Shown: in pieces, positions 30,081 through 39,523 of the stretch
Numbering within the stretch: position 1 is the stretch's first letter
Layout: every line of letters starts with the position of its first letter
From: a virus
Strand: one strand, 5' to 3'
Length of the DNA stretch: 64,000 nt
Virus record (IMG/VR): IMGVR_UViG_3300044675_001894
Coordinates: 1 to 64,000 of that record
Position numbers and translations under genes: made by a program
Notes under the pieces: model-generated
Told to the model about the DNA's origin: nothing
What the model saw: only the letters and a program-made list of their open reading frames with translations
The model's database searches: none

Positions 30081-30512
30081 TTACGTGAGGTAGGCATAGC
30101 CAGAGAACGCTGATGTAAAGTTTACTACAACTTGTGTGGTACTTGAGTAGGTAACTTCCCCGATAACTACTGTTTTGGCGCTATCCACAATGGAGACCGA
30201 AGGGTAGCCACCTAAAGCATGGTTAATTGTCCATGTTGTAGCGACTGTTCCTTGAGTGTGGACGTGGCGAACAGATGCGGGGTAAACAAGATTTAGTACT
30301 TGATTTGGAGCAATACCAGTAATATTGGCGCTTGCGGTCTCGGCAACCGTAACTGTCCCAATGCTAAGAACGTTTGGAGGGCCAGCGACACCTGGGTCAT
30401 GAACTTCAATTACTTGGTCAGCAGGATCCGTGACAGTAGAAACCGTTTTCTTCTGCGTTACCGTAACGTACTTGTTCGGTTGCTTGGTTACCTCAACGGT
30501 TTTGGTGGTCAT
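30081..30512 (-). CDS. Virion structural protein
   Basis: HTQ..ATTWTINHALG.YPSV...FTSAFSGYAYL; start moved to MTTK (30512), which overlaps the upstream stop. Confidence 0.65.
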   Translation of the reverse strand: MTTKTVEVTKQPNKYVTVTQKKTVSTVTDPADQVIEVHDPGVAGPPNVLSIGTVTVAETASANITGIAPNQVLNLVYPASVRHVHTQGTVATTWTINHALGGYPSVSIVDSAKTVVIGEVTYSSTTQVVVNFTSAFSGYAYLT

Positions 30513-31225
30513 GCGGGCGGTGTGGAGATAGCGGCTTCTACAACAACAGTTCCAGATGCCAAACAATCCCAATCACCAGCCGAGTCCTGAACAAACAAAT
30601 CAAAGTTGTAACTACCTGCGGCAATTGTGTTTTTGTCTGAAATATGCATTTCTAATGTGGAACCAGCAATTGGAGCAAGATAACCTCGGCGCTCCACAGG
30701 GAGTGCAATAACGGTCGCTTCTGATGGGGTAGACGAGTACCAGCGCAAGTCCAACACAGTGGTGCCTGCGGTGTCCTTTGCCTGCATGTAGGCGTTCTGA
30801 ACGGTAAGGACGTCGCCATCGGCGTCTTTCCATGTAAATGTGCGACGGAAGTCCACACGTTGCTTGAAACGGATTTCCATTGCCTGTGAGTCCTCCATCG
30901 GGGTTATATTGTCAAGAGCCGACACAACGATTGTACCCCGTGCAACAGGGCGCTGAATATCGTCAATAGTGGCGAGGACGTCATATTCAAGTTCTCCTAG
31001 AGGGAGGTCTTGGGTCTCTTCGGCGCTCAAGTAGAGCATAATGCCATTTGCACTTGTTATTTCAACAGTCACTTCTTTTTTAGCCAAATTCGTTGTCTGG
31101 ATAAATGACCGAGCCTCAGTAGGCTTTATCTGTTTACGGGTGCGGCGATCCTTGACAATGATCAAGCGCTCCCAAGGTAACCCACGGACAATTGAATAAT
31201 TAACGGTGTGGGCACTAGTAGTCAT
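30509..31225 (-). CDS. Virion structural protein with two related domains (BppU-like)
   Basis: Internal duplication ending YDVL...GTIVV and FDLF...GTVVV; leaderless (TAAACT 6 nt upstream). Confidence 0.6.
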   Translation of the reverse strand: MTTSAHTVNYSIVRGLPWERLIIVKDRRTRKQIKPTEARSFIQTTNLAKKEVTVEITSANGIMLYLSAEETQDLPLGELEYDVLATIDDIQRPVARGTIVVSALDNITPMEDSQAMEIRFKQRVDFRRTFTWKDADGDVLTVQNAYMQAKDTAGTTVLDLRWYSSTPSEATVIALPVERRGYLAPIAGSTLEMHISDKNTIAAGSYNFDLFVQDSAGDWDCLASGTVVVEAAISTPPA

Positions 31226-31234
31226 GTTATAAGT

Positions 31235-31408
31235 TTACTCTACGGAGTCGTCACCTTTTAGAAGGGCGCCAGCGAGGTGTATCACCAAGGAGGCGATTGT
31301 AATCCAGATGCCCCACTTCAGTGTCTGCCCGCTAAGGGTAATCAGGACCATGCCCGTACCACCCAGCGTCCAAGCCAGAGCGTGCATTTCATTAATAAGT
31401 TTCTTCAC
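31235..31408 (-). CDS. Small two-TM membrane protein
   Basis: Manual translation MKKLINEMHALAWTLGGTGMVLITLSGQTLKWGIWITIASLVIHLAGALLKGDDSVE; AGGAG RBS. Confidence 0.65.
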   Translation of the reverse strand: MKKLINEMHALAWTLGGTGMVLITLSGQTLKWGIWITIASLVIHLAGALLKGDDSVE

Positions 31409-31435
31409 AAGTCTCCTAGAAAAAGGTCAGATGGG

Positions 31436-33319
31436 TTATCTACGTCTAGAAACGACTGGTGCAGGCAATATAAATGATACCGTAGTTACGGCGATGATAA
31501 CTCTGCGTCCACTGACAGGTATCCCTGATCCAATTGCGGTATAGGTGTCAAAGACACCCTCGTAGATATTTAATTCTTCTTCAAAAGATTCCTTAACGGG
31601 TTCTGGGGCATCTTGCACAGCGTCAACAATGGCAAGACCATCCTCTGGGGTTACAGCCGAAGCCACAATCGCATCAAACACCTCAGCCGCTTGCTCTCCC
31701 GAAACGCTTTCCAGCACTTTGGCGCTCGTAGCCAGTTCGGTGGCTTGTCCTTCACTTACTCCACCTTCTTGAGAAATGACCAAATCCACTACTTGAGCAA
31801 CCTGATCGTTTGTAATGGTGTCATTTTCAAGGATATTTACTACTTCCTCAAACTTACTGTCCGACAGTTCAGGAGTTAAAATGGCATCAAAAGTTTGTGT
31901 CAAAACTTCATCAGATACTTCTTCGTCAAAAATGGCATTGATTACCGTTGCAAACTCGTTGTCATCAAGTGGGCTACTAAGGATCTCTTCAACGAGGGCA
32001 ACAGTTGCCTCATCGGATAAGTCTCCGTCAAAAGCAGCCGTAAAGACCGCTTCCAGTTCTGCCAAAGAAAGGTTAGAACCCAGCAAGTTCTCAACAATTG
32101 CTCCCATCTCTTCTACGCTTGCTTCTGCGCTAAAGACGGTATCCATCACAATTGTAAGTTCTTCACCTGAAAGATTAGAACTCAGCAAAGAAACTAAGAC
32201 TTCAGATACTTGCTCGGTATCAGTCGTATCAGCAAGTACGGCATCCATTACGGCAGTAAATTGTTCTGTAGAAAGGTCGGCGCTCAGAATCTCATCAAGT
32301 GCATCCGTTATCTCTTCGGTAGAAGCATCGGGGGTAAAGATGTTCTCAAGGATGTCTGTCAATGGCTCTAAATTTGGCTCTAAATTTGGCTCTAACTCAG
32401 TTGTGATTGTGGGTTCTTCCACGATAATCTCAGGGGATGTTTCAGTTATCGTGGTTGTTTCTTCGGGAAGCGGCTCCTCTGTCATGGGTTCCTCTACTAC
32501 TGTCGTTGTGGTGCCTGTCGGCACTTCTACGATCACTTCGGGAACGGGAGGCAATGTAGATGTTGTGGTGGTGCTTGTTGTATTCTCCACTAACGTGGTA
32601 CTTGTTGCTGGCACTGTTGTGGAAGTTGAAGAAGTAGATGTTGTCGTCGTCTGAGGTTCAGTACTTGTTGTGGTCGTGGATTCCGTGGTCGTTGTCGGCG
32701 GTATTGTTGTTGTGGATGACGTCGTCGTCGTCGTTGTGGAAGTGGTGGAAGAAGTAGTAGTTGTTGTAGAGGTACTAGTGGAAGAAGTAGTAGAAGTGCT
32801 AGTGCTAGTGGAAGAAGTAGTCGTTGTTTGTGAAATACCGTTCCACAAAGACAAATTACTAATTGTAAGATGACCTGGCTGGCAGCAGGTATCTATTGAG
32901 TATTGACGGAACGTGAACACGTCACCCTCGTTGACGGGTACAGACTTGGTTCCTGTCGCATTGTTCTGTTGTGTAAGCAAGGTGTATACACCGTTAACTG
33001 CGTACTGCGGTGGATCATAGACCCAACCATCATTGGTTTGATATGACCAAGTGAAATCTATTGTGTCTACATCTGCGGGAATTGTGGTCTCAATTTTGAC
33101 CCAATGCGCTCCCCCACAAGGTGATCCTTGCGGCGCTAATTGATTATCAGGACCATGCAGAGTTATGGCGTCGTTTACGACTTCAATGTACCCACCACAA
33201 TAAGTAGACTCACTGTATGTCCATTCACCGAGAGCGTCTGCTTTAACAGAAGTGATTGGCGAAATCCAAGCAAAGAGTGCTACAGGGAAGTAGATCCAAA
33301 AGCCTTTACGAAATCTCAT
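31436..33319 (-). CDS. Secreted/membrane protein with Thr/Ser-rich linker and acidic helical repeats
   Basis: Start MRFRK (33319) after AAGGAGG; signal-like N-terminus, long T/S tract, C-terminal hydrophobic segment then RRR. Confidence 0.75.
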   Translation of the reverse strand: MRFRKGFWIYFPVALFAWISPITSVKADALGEWTYSESTYCGGYIEVVNDAITLHGPDNQLAPQGSPCGGAHWVKIETTIPADVDTIDFTWSYQTNDGWVYDPPQYAVNGVYTLLTQQNNATGTKSVPVNEGDVFTFRQYSIDTCCQPGHLTISNLSLWNGISQTTTTSSTSTSTSTTSSTSTSTTTTTSSTTSTTTTTTSSTTTIPPTTTTESTTTTSTEPQTTTTSTSSTSTTVPATSTTLVENTTSTTTTSTLPPVPEVIVEVPTGTTTTVVEEPMTEEPLPEETTTITETSPEIIVEEPTITTELEPNLEPNLEPLTDILENIFTPDASTEEITDALDEILSADLSTEQFTAVMDAVLADTTDTEQVSEVLVSLLSSNLSGEELTIVMDTVFSAEASVEEMGAIVENLLGSNLSLAELEAVFTAAFDGDLSDEATVALVEEILSSPLDDNEFATVINAIFDEEVSDEVLTQTFDAILTPELSDSKFEEVVNILENDTITNDQVAQVVDLVISQEGGVSEGQATELATSAKVLESVSGEQAAEVFDAIVASAVTPEDGLAIVDAVQDAPEPVKESFEEELNIYEGVFDTYTAIGSGIPVSGRRVIIAVTTVSFILPAPVVSRRR

Positions 33320-33435
33320 GTCCCTCCTTAGACACGAAAGACGGGCCGCCCGCAGGCAACCCGTCCTCGTTGAGTCTCGGTAATACATTGTACTACATTT
33401 GTAACAACGTACTTATAAAATAGTTTGGAAAACAC

Positions 33436-33579
33436 CTAATATACCCCTTCACAGCAGGCGTCTCTGGACCCGCACTCAGGGCAACGGTAATGGGCATGTT
33501 CTGGGCGCATACGAGCGCCGCACCGAACACACTGCTCGCTACAGTCGGTTACTTCAGTACTTGGAGTTTTACTTCCCAT
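33436..33579 (-). CDS. Small zinc-ribbon protein
   Basis: Manual translation ...CVRCGARMRPEHAHYRCPECGSRDACCEGVY (47 aa). Confidence 0.6.
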   Translation of the reverse strand: MGSKTPSTEVTDCSEQCVRCGARMRPEHAHYRCPECGSRDACCEGVY

Positions 33580-33707
33580 GCACCTGCTCCTACAGACCGA
33601 ATGTTTAATAAAACAGACGACTTGTAGCCATGAGCCTTAGCAAGACGCATTGCTTGATCAATTGCGTCCTGCATAGCAGGGGTGTGTATCGGGTAAGTAA
33701 CAATCAC
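33549..33707 (-). CDS. Small hypothetical protein (leaderless GTG)
   Basis: 52 aa; TAGACT 6 nt upstream. Confidence 0.5.
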   Translation of the reverse strand: MIVTYPIHTPAMQDAIDQAMRLAKAHGYKSSVLLNIRSVGAGAWEVKLQVLK

Positions 33708-33723
33708 ATGTATAGTCTACATC

Positions 33724-34488
33724 ATGGATTTATCTGACCTGACTATACCTGCACCGCTTCCTGGTCCTGCTGATTGGAATGATGACGGCTTTGTCATTAA
33801 AAAAGGATTGCTTCCAGAAGACCTAATGGTTGCATATGAGCAGTGTTGGGTAGAACATAATGAGGCAAGACCTGGTGGTTGGCCTGACTGTACTCCGTAC
33901 CGTCGTCACCCAGAAGTATTAAATATTCTTACCCATCACATGATTAACGACACGATGGAACAATTGATTGGCGAACCTGCCGCTGTTCACTTAAACCTAA
34001 CTGGTTGGGTTACTACTCGCCGTAACTGGCATCAAGACACTTATCTCAATCCATCACACGTTGGTGACTACTACGTTGCAATTTGGATTGCACTGGAAGA
34101 CATCCATCCAGATTCTGGTCCATTTCAATTTGTTCGTGGATCACACAGGTGGCCTACGGTTACAAGAGAAAAGATCCTTAACGCATTAGACCCATCTGAG
34201 CGTGACCATACATGGCCTAAGCACAGTGAGCGCTTGCTCACTCCGTTGTTTGAAGCCGAGATTGAAAAGCGTAATGCGGAAGTAATCACATATCTTCCAA
34301 AACGTGGAGATGTTTTGTTCTGGCATGGTCGTTTGCTACACCGTGGTTCTGAACCAAACGTTCCTGGAATGCAACGCAAATCATTAATTGCACATTACTC
34401 AGGAGTTAATCACCGACAAGATATGCCTACTGCTGTACCCCATGGTAGTGGTTGGTACTTTCCAATTGATGGAGGAAATGTTCAATGA
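33724..34488 (+). CDS. Phytanoyl-CoA dioxygenase-family 2OG-Fe(II) oxygenase
   Basis: WHQD, WIALED...SGP...GSHRW, GDVLFWHGRLLHRG, R.SLIAHY. Confidence 0.85.
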   Translation: MDLSDLTIPAPLPGPADWNDDGFVIKKGLLPEDLMVAYEQCWVEHNEARPGGWPDCTPYRRHPEVLNILTHHMINDTMEQLIGEPAAVHLNLTGWVTTRRNWHQDTYLNPSHVGDYYVAIWIALEDIHPDSGPFQFVRGSHRWPTVTREKILNALDPSERDHTWPKHSERLLTPLFEAEIEKRNAEVITYLPKRGDVLFWHGRLLHRGSEPNVPGMQRKSLIAHYSGVNHRQDMPTAVPHGSGWYFPIDGGNVQ

Positions 34489-35066
34489 AACTTTTAAATG
34501 TTGGTTGTGGAACACACTACGCACAGGGTTGGGTAAACGCAGATACATGGGAAACAGATGACACTAAACCAGATGTCAAAGTAACTCCTGGTGAACCATA
34601 TCCTTTTGAAGACAATACGTTTGATGCCATCTATATGGGACATGTATTGGAGCACATTCCTTGGTTAGAAGTATCTACCTTCCTTAAAGATATGCAACGC
34701 ATTGCTAAACCTAATGCACCGATGCTTATTGTTGGACCCGACGTCCATAAAACTATTAAGCGATGGAAAGACGGACAAGAGCCATGGTGGCTAGTTGAGT
34801 CAGTTATGGAGCATTTAGATGTTCCCGACACACATGTCCCTGGTTTGGAATGGTGGGATGGTGCACACCATCATTGGAACTGCCACGAGACAAGAGTTGA
34901 GAAGTTATTGACTTCGTTGGAGTTCAATAGCATTGTTAATCAGTTTGATGTAATACCTAATGATCCAAACGGTAAGTCATGGTTTGACGCAGACAACCAG
35001 ATTGAATGGCCTGTTGTAGGTAAATACTATTGGCAATTAGCCTTTAGTTGTAAAAACCTTATTTAA
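34485..35066 (+). CDS. Class I SAM methyltransferase (type 11-like)
   Basis: LNVGCG, GWVNAD, YPFEDNTFD, HVLEH. Confidence 0.85.
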   Translation: MKLLNVGCGTHYAQGWVNADTWETDDTKPDVKVTPGEPYPFEDNTFDAIYMGHVLEHIPWLEVSTFLKDMQRIAKPNAPMLIVGPDVHKTIKRWKDGQEPWWLVESVMEHLDVPDTHVPGLEWWDGAHHHWNCHETRVEKLLTSLEFNSIVNQFDVIPNDPNGKSWFDADNQIEWPVVGKYYWQLAFSCKNLI

Positions 35067-35712
35067 TCCAAATACCAAGTCTTTCAACTTCATTACCACT
35101 GTCACTAACAAATTTAAAACCTTCTGGCATAGGGTCTGCTTCGTCAAACCACACAGGGATCATACAAGTGTTACCGTAAGCAAAGTCAGGGTTACCTCTT
35201 AAATGAACTTCTATAAGTTTGCCATTAATAAATTCACAATTTATAGTTTTGTATTTAGTGGTTAGGTGTTTTAAGAAGGTAGGTAATGGGTAAGTCTTAC
35301 TGGTCTTCTCCCAGTAAATAAACCTGCTGTACGGGTGTTCTGAATGCTTGACACCAACAACAGACAGTATTGGCTTACCTAACTCGTAATCAATGCTTAA
35401 ATGCTCACCTGTAAAGATTTCACACCAAAACTCACCTGGGTGTAGATGATTTGTACTATCTGTGAGATACTCAACACGTGCTTTAGCACCCATGCCGTTA
35501 ATATTCATAACAGGCTTAACAAAGTAGTTATCAGGTTTTGGAACTGTTACACCTGCGGGACCGCAAGTATGACCAGCATGTCTTGCAACGATTAATTTAT
35601 CAAAGACCCATAAGTCTTCGTTAGATACAAACCCAATCCACGCAATGGCGTCTAGGGATGGTTGCATACTATTCTTGGTCGTCAGGGATCCCGTTACCGT
35701 CTTTGTCTTCAC
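35059..35712 (-). CDS. Hypothetical protein, ATP-grasp-like
   Basis: YFVKP..N..GMG, E.FTGEHLSID, INCEF..GKLIEVH.R; true start may be 35667. Confidence 0.55.
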   Translation of the reverse strand: MKTKTVTGSLTTKNSMQPSLDAIAWIGFVSNEDLWVFDKLIVARHAGHTCGPAGVTVPKPDNYFVKPVMNINGMGAKARVEYLTDSTNHLHPGEFWCEIFTGEHLSIDYELGKPILSVVGVKHSEHPYSRFIYWEKTSKTYPLPTFLKHLTTKYKTINCEFINGKLIEVHLRGNPDFAYGNTCMIPVWFDEADPMPEGFKFVSDSGNEVERLGIWIK

Positions 35713-35950
35713 TGTTACGTCCTGTGGAGATCATTAGACCTGCCAACGTACCTGTGATAAATGTTGCTACGGAAGAAAGAACACCGAAGAACATCTTGTC
35801 ATTCTCGGCTTGAGCGCCAATTGGCTGTGTGACGAATACGAGTGCCCAGAGCACACCGATGGTTGTAATCATGAGAACAAAGCCAAGCATGCATCCGATA
35901 ACGAACTTAAGGCGAGCATCTAGTTCTGCTGGTGTCATACGCTTTTTCAT
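35669..35950 (-). CDS. Two-TM membrane protein
   Basis: Two hydrophobic helices; C-terminal DKDGNGIPD. Confidence 0.7.
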   Translation of the reverse strand: MKKRMTPAELDARLKFVIGCMLGFVLMITTIGVLWALVFVTQPIGAQAENDKMFFGVLSSVATFITGTLAGLMISTGRNSEDKDGNGIPDDQE

Positions 35951-36171
35951 GGGGCAACTGTCTCCTCTGTAGGAACGGTGTCAATAAATAAAGATCCTGA
36001 AAGCGGATCAAAGCCGAGCAATACGTCGGGGCATGCTCCATCTACTTCACATGCTGGTCTTTGGCACTGTGGCGCTTCCCAGTTTTCTGGGTCTTGGCAC
36101 TCATAACGGTACTTACCGTCATAGCCACAACTTGCAAGCAAAACAACAGAAATAAAAAGTAGTTTCTTCAC
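35947..36171 (-). CDS. Small Cys-rich lipoprotein
   Basis: Lipobox LLAS-C; RYECQDP.NW...C..P.C...G.C. Confidence 0.7.
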   Translation of the reverse strand: MKKLLFISVVLLASCGYDGKYRYECQDPENWEAPQCQRPACEVDGACPDVLLGFDPLSGSLFIDTVPTEETVAP

Positions 36172-36188
36172 CTACCAATTATAGATGA

Positions 36189-36398
36189 TTAGACCTTAGA
36201 GCGCCTCTTGAAGTCCGTGTGGGTACCAAGGTATGAGTAAGTCTCATACTCTGGCTCTTCTTTAGGTGCTGGCGAGGTGTATTCGTAAGATTCTACAGAG
36301 CGCATTACAAAACGATGAAATGAACGAATAGCGAATATAATGGCGGCGGCAATAAAGAAGGTAGTCATAAGGGGTTTAAGTATAACCGATTTGGTCAT
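36189..36398 (-). CDS. Small membrane protein
   Basis: One hydrophobic helix. Confidence 0.5.
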   Translation of the reverse strand: MTKSVILKPLMTTFFIAAAIIFAIRSFHRFVMRSVESYEYTSPAPKEEPEYETYSYLGTHTDFKRRSKV

Positions 36399-36401
36399 GA
36401 T

Positions 36402-36575
36402 TCATCCTCCATTGGAATAAAAGCCACGACCGACCAGATTGACGGCTGGAGAGAAGTAGACAGGGCGTAACTGCTCACCGCAGTCTGGACAATTGATTAC
36501 TTGTTGTTCGTCATAGATACTGCGGGTTTCTTCATGACGGTGGTCATTCCCGCATTTGTAAGCATATGTTGGCAT
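36402..36575 (-). CDS. FmdB-family zinc-ribbon protein
   Basis: Manual translation MPTYAYKCGNDH...CPDCG...GRGFYSNGG; TAGACT 6 nt upstream. Confidence 0.8.
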   Translation of the reverse strand: MPTYAYKCGNDHRHEETRSIYDEQQVINCPDCGEQLRPVYFSPAVNLVGRGFYSNGG

Positions 36576-36584
36576 GACAAAAGT

Positions 36585-36953
36585 CTAGTCGTATTGAACG
36601 GGGATTTCTGAACGTGGGTTGATGTCATTGGCAACCGCAATGCGGTGGTGCCCATCTTCAATGACAGGACCTTTGTAATCGGCTCCAGGAAAGTAATCGT
36701 ACATACGACCACGAACACTGAAAGGATGTTGACCTATTGTGATTGGGTCTTGTACACCTTCACTCTTAATTTCATTGTACAAACCTTCAGTTTTTGCTTC
36801 TTGTACTTTACGAGAAGTTACTTGAGGAAGATCTTTGTACTTTTGTGGTTTATCAGTTTCTGGCTGATCTAACGGGATCATATCCATCAACTTGTGTGCA
36901 GGGATGAACATAGCCAATTGGGCTTCGTTCAGGACATGCTTCTTTTTACCCAT
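36585..36953 (-). CDS. ParB/Srx-like N-terminal domain protein
   Basis: IKSEGVQDPI, IEDGHHRIAVA. Confidence 0.75.
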   Translation of the reverse strand: MGKKKHVLNEAQLAMFIPAHKLMDMIPLDQPETDKPQKYKDLPQVTSRKVQEAKTEGLYNEIKSEGVQDPITIGQHPFSVRGRMYDYFPGADYKGPVIEDGHHRIAVANDINPRSEIPVQYD

Positions 36954-37408
36954 TAGCGTTTGTAACGAGCACCTTTTTTACCGAGGTTTACACGACCTAG
37001 ATTATCAGATACATCCTCACCAGTTTCTGGATCAGTCATGGATCCTGGGCGAATCTTTAGAGGCTTACCGCCACGCATGCTGGGACCAATGTTCCCTTTG
37101 ACAAATGTGTTACGTGTCTTAGCACCTGTTGGACTTTCTAAATGCTTTTTAAGTTGTTGAGCATCTATTGCCATAGCGGCGCCGTCTAATGAAACATTTC
37201 GGCTGTGCCCAATAAGACGGCGAGTGTTATCAAGAATGCTGTAAATAGGCTCACCCAAGGCTTTCATAGCAGGGGTGTGCATATGGACGTTGACGGGCGT
37301 GCCTCTAAGACCAATCATGGACTCAGGACTAATAATACGGACAGGTGCTCCACGAACAATATGCTCTTCAGAAAACTGAATGCTATTGAAAGCACGCCTA
37401 CTAGTCAT
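36953..37408 (-). CDS. Hypothetical protein
   Basis: 151 aa, coupled; N-terminal AFNSIQF. Confidence 0.65.
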   Translation of the reverse strand: MTSRRAFNSIQFSEEHIVRGAPVRIISPESMIGLRGTPVNVHMHTPAMKALGEPIYSILDNTRRLIGHSRNVSLDGAAMAIDAQQLKKHLESPTGAKTRNTFVKGNIGPSMRGGKPLKIRPGSMTDPETGEDVSDNLGRVNLGKKGARYKR

Positions 37409-38250
37409 TATTCAATTCCTGGGAGTTTCATCTGCTCGCCTTGCATAGCAGGTCGTTTTTCACGCTTATTTAATCCAGCAAGTTTGTAGGCTGTTTGCCT
37501 ACCTTCAGCAATAGTTTGATTTGACAAACGATCATGATCACTAAAGTCAAGGTGTTCTGGACGATGAGCCATACTCCACTTAGTGTCGTCATTCCTATTT
37601 AGTGTTTGCCTACCTGATTCGTTACTTACGGCTCCCTTAATGGCTCCCTTTTCTATTCCTCTACGAGCCAACCTACTGCTGTATTGCGTCATACTGCTAG
37701 GGCTGTGGAACTCCGCATCAGGGTGATCGTTCATAGCAATACCTATAAGGGTAGGTAAGGAACCACGCAATGTAGGGTGCACGAAAGCATTCTCAAATTG
37801 AACTTTACGTGGCTTACTTGTAAAAAACTCTGTAGGTACAGGAATGTCTTTGCGAGTTTCCGCAGGAGCATTGTGGTCTAATGCAGCACGTAGTTTCTTT
37901 GTAGGTTCAGGGTTACGTGTTGCAACCATGTCGGCTGTTGCTTTTTGGTTTTTGTCCCACATGTAGTGTTGGCTAATACCAGTATCTAAAGTCTGTTGGG
38001 CGTGTGGGTACCTAGGGTCATGGGTGTTTGCTTTTAGGTTGTCCATGTTTTTTTGATCAAAGTCAAAGTTAACAATGGTTTCAGCAGGTTCAATGGTCTC
38101 TACTGCGATATGCCCATACGGTGTGTGAGTTGGGGGTTTCTTAGACATCTCATCAAACTGGTTACCGTGAACCAACTTATCCCCGACAATGGAATACTTA
38201 CTGTTTCTACCACCGTACCAGTGGCTATCTTTCTTATAAAACTTAGCCAC
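37408..38250 (-). CDS. Hypothetical protein, paralogue of 38699..39523
   Basis: Shared K(F/Y)Y...YGGR, AF.H, SSR and Q..LPG motifs. Confidence 0.7.
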   Translation of the reverse strand: MAKFYKKDSHWYGGRNSKYSIVGDKLVHGNQFDEMSKKPPTHTPYGHIAVETIEPAETIVNFDFDQKNMDNLKANTHDPRYPHAQQTLDTGISQHYMWDKNQKATADMVATRNPEPTKKLRAALDHNAPAETRKDIPVPTEFFTSKPRKVQFENAFVHPTLRGSLPTLIGIAMNDHPDAEFHSPSSMTQYSSRLARRGIEKGAIKGAVSNESGRQTLNRNDDTKWSMAHRPEHLDFSDHDRLSNQTIAEGRQTAYKLAGLNKREKRPAMQGEQMKLPGIE

Positions 38251-38261
38251 GATGCTTTATA

Positions 38262-38492
38262 TTAGTATTCTGATCCTGGGTTCATGACCATATGTGCAAT
38301 GTCACGATAATCACAGCAACGTGGACAACCACAGTCACCCGCTACTGCACCAAGAAACGCCGCCTGACGCATAGGGCGGGTTGTAGGGTTTGGCTGATCA
38401 GAGGAACCAATACGCTGTCCAGAAATGCTTGGAGCGCCCTCACTTGGAGAACTTGGATCAGGGTTGTTTCGGTTTACTTTGCGTTTTGCCAT
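38262..38492 (-). CDS. Small hypothetical protein with CGCPRC
   Basis: Start moved to MAKR (38492), TACAAT 6 nt upstream. Confidence 0.6.
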   Translation of the reverse strand: MAKRKVNRNNPDPSSPSEGAPSISGQRIGSSDQPNPTTRPMRQAAFLGAVAGDCGCPRCCDYRDIAHMVMNPGSEY

Positions 38493-38533
38493 GTACCGAT
38501 TGTACAACTAAACAAAATTACCCGCTCACCCCA

Positions 38534-38563
38534 AAAGTATCACTGATGTATACGAGTTGTCAA
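38534..38563 (-). promoter_or_regulatory. Sigma70-type promoter
   Basis: TTGACA-N18-TACTTT with TGn extension on minus strand. Confidence 0.5.
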
Positions 38564-38698
38564 GACCTTTTAGCGAAAAAATACACATGTATATTTCGTA
38601 CACACGTCAGATGGCAGTTAAACTAAGTGTGTAAAGGCTAATAAGCCTCTGTATTAGTGCCTTAACCTACAAGTTGTACTTTCACCAAAAAATTGTGT

Positions 38699-39523
38699 CT
38701 ACTTGTCTTCCATACCAGGGAGTTGTGGCTGACTGAACTGAGGACTCAACGGCTTAGGGGTATTTTTACCAATACCACGGAGTTCCTTGTAGTGTTGCTT
38801 TGCCGAACGCATGGTTGAATCAGGGATCCTCTTAGTACTAGATGTACTAAACGGTGTAGCAGAAGAAACCATGTCTCTATTATCAAAGTCGTAAGAGTTT
38901 GTAACGTCTAGTCCTGGGTTATCTTCACTGCGCTTTACAGGCAGTCCTAGTTTTTCGGCATGTTCAGTCATGCGTGAACTATGCTCTGACAGGTCATCTG
39001 ATGCCGTAAGGTCACCATACTTCTGATGAAGGTATGCTCCCATGACAGGGATATGGGCTTTCATGGATGTATGAGCAAAAGCCCCACGTACTTCTGTAGA
39101 GGCAGGCTCAGGGGTAAACATTTGAGAAGTTGTTTTATGGATTTCATTTATGTTTTGTGCGTAAACTAAGCCGTAATAACGACGACTGTACTGCCTCCCA
39201 CTTGGGTTAGGTTTGTTTTTGTACTCTTCATGAGCCTTAGCCGCCTCTACTGCGTAGTAGTGGGCCTTGTTAGCCTCACCTGTGAGTTCATGCCTGTCAA
39301 ATCCTGTTGCATCAAACACTTTTTGACCTGCTTGGCTTCGTGTAATTTCAGAATTGTCTTCTAATTGCTTGAAATTCTCACGCTCACGGGCTGGTTGGTG
39401 TCTAACGGTCATAGTTGCACGTGGGTACATACCACGAGCGTTAGGGCGGTCACTAATTGCGTGAACTTCTTCGTAAGTCAATCGTCCGCCATAAGGAGTC
39501 TGGTCTGAGTAGTATTTAGTCAT
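38699..39523 (-). CDS. Hypothetical protein, paralogue of 37408..38250
   Basis: Ends PLSPQFSQPQLPGMEDK. Confidence 0.7.
   Translation of the reverse strand: MTKYYSDQTPYGGRLTYEEVHAISDRPNARGMYPRATMTVRHQPARERENFKQLEDNSEITRSQAGQKVFDATGFDRHELTGEANKAHYYAVEAAKAHEEYKNKPNPSGRQYSRRYYGLVYAQNINEIHKTTSQMFTPEPASTEVRGAFAHTSMKAHIPVMGAYLHQKYGDLTASDDLSEHSSRMTEHAEKLGLPVKRSEDNPGLDVTNSYDFDNRDMVSSATPFSTSSTKRIPDSTMRSAKQHYKELRGIGKNTPKPLSPQFSQPQLPGMEDK

Noticed and set aside
32364-32396. 12-bp tandem repeat TGGCTCTAAATT
   Set aside because: In-frame LEPN linker repeat from ordinary slippage
31815-32873. + strand Ser/Val-rich ORFs
   Set aside because: Antisense shadows of the Thr/Glu-rich gene
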